Part shown: positions 44,501-51,353 of the stretch, one piece after another
How the letters are laid out: every line of letters begins with the position of its first letter
Position numbering within the stretch: position 1 is the first letter of the stretch
NCBI GenBank assembly: GCA_046735335.1
Contig: JBKPTE010000038.1
Location: 6,707 to 70,706 of the forward strand
Reading direction: 5' to 3'
Length of the DNA stretch: 64,000 bases
Origin: Acidobacteriota bacterium
GTDB taxonomy: Bacteria > Acidobacteriota > Vicinamibacteria > Vicinamibacterales > 2-12-FULL-66-21
Position numbers and translations under genes: made by a program
The notes under the pieces: model-generated
What the model saw: only the letters and a program-made list of their open reading frames with translations
Told to the model about the DNA's origin: nothing
Databases searched by the model: none

Positions 44501-45925
44501 TCACGCATGAATTGCGGCGCCGTGCGCCGCGTGCGCCGCTTCGCCCACCGCCTCTGACATCGTCGGATGCGCGTGAATCGTGCGAATCAGCTCTTCGACC
44601 GTGCACTCGAGCCGCAGCGCGAGCGTGGCCTCGGCGACGAGCTCCGTCGAGCGCAGCCCAATCATGTGGACGCCCAGGATCTCGTCGTGTTTCTTCTCCG
44701 CGACGATTTTGACGAACCCCTCGGTCTCGCCTGCAATGCGCGCGCGTCCGAGGATGCCGAACTTGAACGTGCCGATGCGGACGTCGTAGCCGCGCTCTTT
44801 CGCTTCCGCCTCGGTCAGCCCGACGCTGCCGATTTCAGGATCGCAATACGTGCACGACGGAACGTGGTCGTAGTTGATCGGACGGAACTCGCGGCCCGCA
44901 ATCTGCTCGGCAAGCGCGATGCCTTCGGCGGAGGAGAGGTGCGCGAGCTGCGGATGGCCCGGCTTTTCGAAGGTGATCACGTCGCCAATCGCGGAGATCC
45001 CTTCCACGCCGGTGGCATATTGCGCGTCGACGCGAATGTAGCCGCGTTCCAGATGGAGACCGGCCTCTTCCGCGCCGAGCCCGCTCGTCACCGGCCCGCG
45101 GCCGGTGGCGACGAGCAGGTATTCCGCAGAGAGCTTCATCTTGCCGCCGTCCGCTGTCTGCGCTTCGATGTCGATCCCCGCCGTACCGCTCTTCGCGCTC
45201 GTCACCTTCGTGCCCGTCAGCACCTTGATGCCCTGCTTGCGAAACGAGCGCTCGAGCTCCGCGGAAACCGCTTCGTCCTCGAGCGGAACGATGCGCGGCA
45301 GCAGTTCCACGATCGTGACCTCGCTGCCGAAGCGCCGGAACACCGATCCGAACTCGACGCCAACGGCGCCGCTCCCGAGAATCACGATCGACTTCGGAAT
45401 CTGCCTGAGGCCGATCGCCTCGTCGCTCGTGATGATCCGCTTGCGATCGATCTCGATACCCGGAACGGTCCGCGGCTGCGACCCCGTCGCGACGATGATC
45501 CGCTTGCGGGCCGTAAGGGTCTGCTTGTCGCCTTCGGTGATCTCGACCTTGCCCTTGCCCGCGAGCCGCGCGGACCCCTTAATCCAGTCGATCTTGTTCT
45601 TGCGGAACAGCAGCTCGACGCCCCCGGTGAGCCCCTTCACGATCTTGTCTTTGCGGGCCTGCACCTGGTTCATGTCCACGCCAATCGAGGCCTGTCCGAT
45701 CGTCAGGCCCCACTCCTTCCACTCCTGCGCGATCTTGAGCGAATGGGCGTGCTCGAGGAGTGCTTTCGTCGGGATGCACCCGAGGTTGAGGCACGTTCCG
45801 CCGAGGGTGGACGCGCGTTCGACGACGGCCGTCTTCAGGCCGAGCTGAGCGGCACGAATGGCGGCGACGTAGCCGCCCGTGCCGGAACCAATCACGACAA
45901 CGTCATATTCGTTCGCCATAGGCAT
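44501..45925 (-). CDS. lpdA: dihydrolipoyl dehydrogenase (E3)
   Basis: 474 aa. Motifs GSGTGGYVAA, redox-active GGTCLNLGCIPTK, and C-terminal HAHPT. Confidence 0.93.
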   Translation of the reverse strand: MPMANEYDVVVIGSGTGGYVAAIRAAQLGLKTAVVERASTLGGTCLNLGCIPTKALLEHAHSLKIAQEWKEWGLTIGQASIGVDMNQVQARKDKIVKGLTGGVELLFRKNKIDWIKGSARLAGKGKVEITEGDKQTLTARKRIIVATGSQPRTVPGIEIDRKRIITSDEAIGLRQIPKSIVILGSGAVGVEFGSVFRRFGSEVTIVELLPRIVPLEDEAVSAELERSFRKQGIKVLTGTKVTSAKSGTAGIDIEAQTADGGKMKLSAEYLLVATGRGPVTSGLGAEEAGLHLERGYIRVDAQYATGVEGISAIGDVITFEKPGHPQLAHLSSAEGIALAEQIAGREFRPINYDHVPSCTYCDPEIGSVGLTEAEAKERGYDVRIGTFKFGILGRARIAGETEGFVKIVAEKKHDEILGVHMIGLRSTELVAEATLALRLECTVEELIRTIHAHPTMSEAVGEAAHAAHGAAIHA

Positions 45926-45952
45926 CCATCACCGGCCGCCCTCCCCGCGCGC

Positions 45953-46225
45953 TTACCGCGGTCCGCTCTTCTTGATCGAGGAGAGCGGCACGAACGCCAC
46001 CGTGGCGTTCTGCGCCGGGGCGGGCTCCTGCTCGGTCGGCTCTGCCGGATCGATCCGGGCCACTTGAGACCTGAGACGCGTGTAGTCGTAGCGCAATTCC
46101 CAGTACGACTGGGTCAGCGCGTCGAGCTTGCGCGCGAGGCGACCCGCCCGCGCCCAGGCGGCCCAGGCGACGAGCAGGGCGACAACGGCCAGTATCCACG
46201 GAAGCACAACCTCGTACCGTATCAC
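45953..46225 (-). CDS. hypothetical small single-pass membrane protein
   Basis: 90 aa with one TM helix (VVLPWILAVVALLVAWAAWA). No recognisable domain. Confidence 0.45.
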   Translation of the reverse strand: MIRYEVVLPWILAVVALLVAWAAWARAGRLARKLDALTQSYWELRYDYTRLRSQVARIDPAEPTEQEPAPAQNATVAFVPLSSIKKSGPR

Positions 46226-46324
46226 AGGCGTTTTTCGCGGCGCCCGTAGCGCCCAACTTTAGTTGCGCGAAAGCGGTTGCGCGTAAGTAGTTGCGCCGGG
46301 CGGTAGAATGGCTCGCACCCGTCC

Positions 46325-47713
46325 ATGAACCGATCGACCAAGACGATCTTGATCTGCGACGACGACGAGGGGATGCGGGACACGCTCACGGCGATCCTCA
46401 GGCGCGACTACCGCGTCCTGACGGTGTCGAGCGGCGAGGCGGCCCTGACGCTCGTCAAGGACGAGGACGTCGATCTCATCCTGCTCGACGTCCGACTGCC
46501 CGGCATCAACGGCTTCGACGTGCTGAAGATCGTCAAGGAGAACTACAGCCTGATCGAATGCATCATGATCTCGGCGATCAATGAGGTCGAAACCGCCGTG
46601 CAGGCGATGAAGCACGGCGCCTATCACTACATCACCAAGGATTTCGACTACGACGAGCTGCGCTCTCTCGTGCGGAACGCGTGCGAGCGCCAGGATCTGA
46701 ACCGGCAGGTCATCACCCTCAGCGCGCAGGTCGCCGAGCAGAGCGAACGCGAGTTCCTGATCGGCCCGAGCCGGCAGATCCGCGAAATCGTCGATCTGGT
46801 CCAGCGCGTCGCGAAGCTGTCGGCGACCGTCCTGATCCTCGGCGAGAGCGGGACGGGCAAGGAACTGCTCGCGCGACTGCTCCACCGCGAGTCGGGCCGG
46901 GGCGACGCCCCATTCATCGCGGTGAACATGTCCGCGATTCCGCACGAGCTCGTCGAGAGCACGCTCTTCGGCCACGAGCGCGGCTCGTTCACCGGTGCGC
47001 ACAAGCAGCAGCTCGGAAAGTTCGAGCTCGCCACGGGCGGCACGCTCTTCCTCGACGAGATCGGCGATCTGCGCTTCGACCTGCAGTCCAAGCTGCTGCG
47101 GGCGATTCAGGAGGGGGAGATCGAGCGCGTCGGCGGGACCAAGCCAATCCGGACGGATTTCCGCCTGATCGTCGCCACGAACGTGGACCTGGAAAAGGCG
47201 GTGAAGGAGGGACGGTTCCGCGAGGACCTCTATTACCGGATCAACGTGATCCCGATTCGGATGCCGCCGCTGCGGGACCGGATCGAAGATCTCCCGGAGC
47301 TGGCACGGCTGTTCCTGAATCGCTACAAGGCGAAGTTCAGGAAGCCGCTGAAAGGAATCGCGGATTCGGCCATCCGGATTCTGGCCTCCTACTGGTGGCC
47401 GGGGAACATCCGGGAGCTCGAGAACCTCATCGAGCGGCTCGTCGCCGTCAGCGACAAGGAATGGGTGACGGACGAGGACCTGCCGCTGGAGTACCACTTC
47501 GCGCGGCTCGACGCCTCGTCGACGTCGAACGAAACCCGGTTTCAGGAAGCCTGCGACACGTTCGAGCGCAACTTCATCCTGCGAGCGCTCGAGAAGTCCG
47601 ACTGGAACGTGACGGCCACCGCGCGCTATCTGGGGATTCCGCTCAGCACGCTGAAGCACAAGATGGCGCGGCTGGATCTGCGGGATCTCGCGCGCAAGCT
47701 CCGGGGCGCGTAA
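46325..47713 (+). CDS. sigma-54-dependent response regulator (NtrC family)
   Basis: 462 aa. REC domain (DLILLDVRLPG), AAA+ domain with GESGTGKE, GSFTGA loop (GAFTGA variant), ESTLFGHE, and a C-terminal Fis-type HTH. Confidence 0.93.
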   Translation: MNRSTKTILICDDDEGMRDTLTAILRRDYRVLTVSSGEAALTLVKDEDVDLILLDVRLPGINGFDVLKIVKENYSLIECIMISAINEVETAVQAMKHGAYHYITKDFDYDELRSLVRNACERQDLNRQVITLSAQVAEQSEREFLIGPSRQIREIVDLVQRVAKLSATVLILGESGTGKELLARLLHRESGRGDAPFIAVNMSAIPHELVESTLFGHERGSFTGAHKQQLGKFELATGGTLFLDEIGDLRFDLQSKLLRAIQEGEIERVGGTKPIRTDFRLIVATNVDLEKAVKEGRFREDLYYRINVIPIRMPPLRDRIEDLPELARLFLNRYKAKFRKPLKGIADSAIRILASYWWPGNIRELENLIERLVAVSDKEWVTDEDLPLEYHFARLDASSTSNETRFQEACDTFERNFILRALEKSDWNVTATARYLGIPLSTLKHKMARLDLRDLARKLRGA

Positions 47714-47754
47714 CCGGCCAATCCGTTGGCCGGCGCGGCCAACCCGTTGGCCGC
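47714..47754. promoter_or_regulatory. two 20-bp palindromes (CCGGCCAA-N4-TTGGCCGG; GCGGCCAA-N4-TTGGCCGC), candidate enhancer (UAS) sites or terminator hairpins
   Basis: Perfect 8-bp arms. Centres are 21 bp apart and lie about 150-175 bp upstream of the GG-N10-GC promoter. Confidence 0.4.
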
Positions 47755-47895
47755 TCGCGCAGAAGATCAGCGCCGCGTGCGCGGGAACAGCGCACCCATC
47801 GCGATCATGTAGAGTCCGATCGATCCCGCTGGATTTCCTGAAGAGTGACGGGCGCGTGCCCTTTCAATAGGACTCTTTCGACAGGCGTTCCTTAC

Positions 47896-47911
47896 CGGAA
47901 CATCCGTTGCA
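47896..47911 (+). promoter_or_regulatory. sigma-54 type -24/-12 promoter candidate (cGGaACa-N4-TTGCa)
   Basis: GG at 47897-98 and GC at 47909-10 have the exact consensus spacing. 9 of 12 defined positions of TGGCACG-N4-TTGCW match. Lies 73 nt upstream of the rSAM ATG. Confidence 0.5.
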
Positions 47912-47983
47912 ATTTTGAGGCACACCGGGGTGAGCGCATCCCGGTGCACTACCCGATTTTCCCGAACAGGCCGGAGCGACCCG

Positions 47984-49396
47984 ATGCAACCGTCGATGTT
48001 CAACGTCCGTGTGCCCCTGCCAGAGCGCAACGAGGTGTTCCTCATGAACACCTTTACGGACGCCCAGATCGTCGTCTCTCCCGACGTCGTCGCCCTCCTG
48101 GACCGGTTCGGCGGCGACGACGCGCCGGCGTTTCTCAGCGCCGAAGAGCGCTCGACGGTCGACGAGCTCGCCGAGCACGGGTTTCTCGTCACCGACAGAG
48201 ATCACGAACGGCACGAGCTCGAAACCTACTTCCGCAACATCCGCGAGAGCACGGACCAGCTCCGCGTCACGGTGCTCACGACCCTGCAGTGCAACTTCGC
48301 GTGCGACTACTGCATCCAGGGTGACCACGGCGACTACAACAAGCATGCGGCGAAGATGTCGATGGAAACGGCCGCCCGCGTCGCGGAGTGGACCGAGAGC
48401 CGTCTGGACGCGCTCCGCCCGCAGACGTTCGCCTTGACGCTGTTCGGCGGCGAGCCCCTGCTGAACCTGCCGGTCGCCTACTACCTCGCGGAACGGCTCC
48501 GGGCGTCGTGCGACGCACGCGGCGTGCGGATGCTGATCAACCTGATCACGAACGGGCTGCTCCTGACGCGCGAGGTGGTGACGCGCCTGAACGCGTGCGG
48601 GTTGAACGGCGTGAAGATCACGCTCGACGGCGACCGCGACACGCACAACCGGATGCGCCCGCTGCGCGGCGGCCAGGGCACGTTCGACCGCATCATCCAG
48701 AACGTCCGCGACGTCGCGCACCTCACGCGAATCTCGATTGGCGGCAACTTCGACATGGAGACCGCCGACAGCTATCCGGCCCTTCTCGATTTCCTTCGCG
48801 ATCAGGAGTTCGCCGACAAGCTGGCGCGCGTCTCGTTCAAGCCGGTGATTCGCGAGGCGCAGCCCGCCGCGAAGGGCCTCATCCCGCTCACCGCCGTGAG
48901 CGCGGAGGGCAAACCCCTCAACGGCGCATGCATGACCTCGGCGGGCACCGGCGTGAACCGCGTCTGCGACACGTGCAACTTCGTCGACGAAAAGATGGCG
49001 TTCCTCCGCGAGGAGACCAAGAAGCGCGGCTTCTCCACCGTCGACGGCGTGCACATGGGGCCGTGCGAGATCCACAAGGAGAACGCACACACCGTCGGCC
49101 CCGACGGCTCGCTGTTCGCGTGCCCCGGGTTCGCGGGCGAGGCGCTGCAGTCGATCGGCCACATCGATGGGCGGCAGGACGATTACCGGAGCCAGGCGCT
49201 GCGGCAGTTCGAGCGTCTCGCGGCCTGGAAGCAGTGCCAGGACTGCGCGTTCATCCCGGTCTGCGCGGGCGGCTGCACGGTCGCCGCGCACAACGAGCTG
49301 GGCGACATGCACGCGCCGAACTGCCACAAGACCAGCTTCGAGGCGGGCCTCGTCGCGCTCGCGCAGGACGCGGTGCGCGAACTGGTGCTGGCGTAA
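47984..49396 (+). CDS. radical SAM/SPASM-domain peptide-modifying enzyme
   Basis: 470 aa from ATG 47984, which has GGAG 7 nt upstream. Motifs CNFACDYC, GGEPLL, and a full SPASM region (C-x13-GSLFAC; CQDCAFIPVCAGGC; trailing C). The pre-core extension of about 90 aa is RRE-like. Confidence 0.9.
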   Translation: MQPSMFNVRVPLPERNEVFLMNTFTDAQIVVSPDVVALLDRFGGDDAPAFLSAEERSTVDELAEHGFLVTDRDHERHELETYFRNIRESTDQLRVTVLTTLQCNFACDYCIQGDHGDYNKHAAKMSMETAARVAEWTESRLDALRPQTFALTLFGGEPLLNLPVAYYLAERLRASCDARGVRMLINLITNGLLLTREVVTRLNACGLNGVKITLDGDRDTHNRMRPLRGGQGTFDRIIQNVRDVAHLTRISIGGNFDMETADSYPALLDFLRDQEFADKLARVSFKPVIREAQPAAKGLIPLTAVSAEGKPLNGACMTSAGTGVNRVCDTCNFVDEKMAFLREETKKRGFSTVDGVHMGPCEIHKENAHTVGPDGSLFACPGFAGEALQSIGHIDGRQDDYRSQALRQFERLAAWKQCQDCAFIPVCAGGCTVAAHNELGDMHAPNCHKTSFEAGLVALAQDAVRELVLA

Positions 49397-49457
49397 CCGC
49401 GTCGGGGTGCGGCGCGCGGAATTGGGGATTGGGGATTAGGGATTGTTGGAGGAACGA

Positions 49458-49553
49458 ATGAACGGGAAGAAGAAGACGGAAGACACGCGGAAGACCACGA
49501 GCAGCCCCGTGCGGCCGTGGCTGGTGGACGTCGTCATCGAGGATTTGCGGTAG
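49458..49553 (+). CDS. candidate precursor peptide A (31 aa): MNGKKKTEDTRKTTSSPVRPWLVDVVIEDLR
   Basis: GGAGGA lies 4 nt upstream of the ATG. Paralogous to peptide B. Too short to appear in the ORF track. Confidence 0.55.
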   Translation: MNGKKKTEDTRKTTSSPVRPWLVDVVIEDLR

Positions 49554-49625
49554 GCACCTCGTCGAACGCGTTGCGAGGCCGGTTGAACAACTGACCCCTG
49601 AGGGGGTGACGAAGGAGAGGGACCA

Positions 49626-49718
49626 ATGAAGATCACGGTTGTCAAGAAGAGCAGCACCAAGAAGGTCATGCACGTTTGCCCGTGGATGGTGGAAACCCCT
49701 CCCGAGCCGTCGAAGTAG
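49626..49718 (+). CDS. candidate precursor peptide B (30 aa): MKITVVKKSSTKKVMHVCPWMVETPPEPSK
   Basis: AAGGAG lies 8 nt upstream of the ATG. Shares the block V-x-P-W-(L/M)-V-(D/E) and overall layout with peptide A. Confidence 0.55.
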   Translation: MKITVVKKSSTKKVMHVCPWMVETPPEPSK

Positions 49719-49764
49719 CAGCCCCGTTTTGACGAGCGGCTGCTGCACAGAGGCTGCAGCCGCT
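49717..49764 (+). terminator. two mutually exclusive hairpins after peptide B (AGCAGCC/GGCTGCT; AGCGGCTGC/GCAGCCGCT)
   Basis: Stem 1 pairs 49717-49723 with 49738-49744. Stem 2 pairs 49735-49743 with 49756-49764. They share 49738-49743. There is no clear U-tract. Confidence 0.35.
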
Positions 49765-49820
49765 TGCAAAACTGTGCTATTGCGTGAGGAGCGCTTCGCC
49801 GATAACCTGCAGTAGCGTCA

Positions 49821-51353
49821 ATGTCACTGCAGGTAAGGGGTTGGGCATCCTTTGCCCTGCTAGTCGGGAGTCTGCTCGTTTGGACCGCGTGCGGCCGCGG
49901 CTCTCGTCCGTCCTCTGTTACCCATCCCGTCAGGCTAACGGTTGGGGTCGCGCTTCCATCGGGTGGTTCAGGAAGTGGGATTCCGGCTCTGACAGGCTCG
50001 CTGTTCACTAGCGAGCCACTCGTCAGTCCAGGCATAGACGGCAGGCCGACGCCACGTATTGCCAGCGGCTGGAGCTGGATGGACGGCGGACGGACACTGC
50101 GTGTCACGCTGCGACCGGACGTGTTTCTTCATGATGGAAGACGACTGAACGCGGAGATCGTTGCAAACCTCCTGAAGCCCAGGCCAAAGGGCTTCGGTCT
50201 CAGCTACAGAAGTCTCGCCTCAATCGTCGCGACTGGCGATAGCCAGATCGATTTCAATCTGACGAAACCCGAAGCATTCCTCCTCGCGGACCTCACGGAT
50301 GCATCGGTGGAAATAGCACCGCCTGGCGCAGGCCCGACCATTGGCACAGGTCCGTTCACGCTCGTAAACCAGAAGCCCTATCCGATTCTGCGGGCGTTCG
50401 ACAAGTACTATCAGGGCCGTCCTGCGATCGACGAGATCGCCATCAAGCCGTATCAGAGCCAGCGTCAGGCGTGGGCCGCGATGATGCGCGGTGAAATTGA
50501 CGCGCTCCACGAGGTCAGCCGCGAAGCCGCGGACTTCGTCGAGGCAGAAACCACCGTCCGGGCCTTCTCCTTCACGCGCGAATTCTACGTGCCGCTTGTC
50601 TTCAACGTGCGGCATCCGGTCCTTCGACAGCGCGAGGTGAGAATCGCGCTGAACGAAGCGGTGAACAAACAAGCCGTCGTCAAGGATGCGATGCGCGGAC
50701 GCGGCGAGGTCGCGGACAGCCCGATCTGGCCGCGCCACTGGGCACACAGCTCCGCTCAGCCGACGTTCGCACACAATCCGGCCGCGGCCCGGGTGCGGCT
50801 GGACGCTGCGGGATTTCCCTTGCGGACGCCGCCGAGCGGGTCTGCCGAGATGCCCAACCGCTTCTCGTTCACCTGCCTGATGTACGGCGACGATCCGCGC
50901 TTCGAGCGCATCGGCCTGGTCGTGCAGAAGCAGTTGTTCGACATCGGCGTCGACATGCGGCTGCAGCCGGTGTCGATGCGCGAACTCGGCGAACGCGTGT
51001 CGCGCGGGGACTTCGACGCGTTCCTGTTCGAGATGAACAGCGCGCGCTCGCTGAACTGGGTGTACCTGTTCTGGCACTCGCCGCCTGACGGCCCGTTTCT
51101 GAACACGGGCTACTCCTCCGCCGACGCAGCGCTCGATAGGCTGCGGTATGCGCAGTCCGATGAGGAGACCCGCGTCGGCACGGCGGAACTGCAGCGCGTC
51201 TTCTTCGAGGATCCGCCCGCGGTCTTTCTGGCGTGGGAGCAGGCCACCCGCGCCGTCTCCACGAAGTTCGTCGTTCCCGACGACCCCGGACGCGACGTGA
51301 TCGGGCTGGTTCGGCTCTGGCGTCCGGCCAGCGATTTGAGGGCGAGCCGGTGA
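49821..51353 (+). CDS. family-5 (oligopeptide/nickel type) solute-binding lipoprotein, orphan
   Basis: 510 aa. Lipobox LVWTAC. SBP_bac_5-like pattern throughout. No permease or ATPase genes are nearby. Confidence 0.82.
   Translation: MSLQVRGWASFALLVGSLLVWTACGRGSRPSSVTHPVRLTVGVALPSGGSGSGIPALTGSLFTSEPLVSPGIDGRPTPRIASGWSWMDGGRTLRVTLRPDVFLHDGRRLNAEIVANLLKPRPKGFGLSYRSLASIVATGDSQIDFNLTKPEAFLLADLTDASVEIAPPGAGPTIGTGPFTLVNQKPYPILRAFDKYYQGRPAIDEIAIKPYQSQRQAWAAMMRGEIDALHEVSREAADFVEAETTVRAFSFTREFYVPLVFNVRHPVLRQREVRIALNEAVNKQAVVKDAMRGRGEVADSPIWPRHWAHSSAQPTFAHNPAAARVRLDAAGFPLRTPPSGSAEMPNRFSFTCLMYGDDPRFERIGLVVQKQLFDIGVDMRLQPVSMRELGERVSRGDFDAFLFEMNSARSLNWVYLFWHSPPDGPFLNTGYSSADAALDRLRYAQSDEETRVGTAELQRVFFEDPPAVFLAWEQATRAVSTKFVVPDDPGRDVIGLVRLWRPASDLRASR

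Noticed and set aside
47755-47895. IHF binding site between the palindromes and the -24/-12 element.
   Set aside because: I found only weak partial matches to WATCAA-N4-TTR (for example TTTCAATAGGACT). They are not convincing enough to call.
49746-49763. Second sigma-54-like element (cTGCACagaggcTGCa) upstream of the SBP gene.
   Set aside because: The near-invariant -24 GG is TG here. The only real GG nearby is 2 nt out of register with the GC. The sequence is better explained as part of the hairpins.
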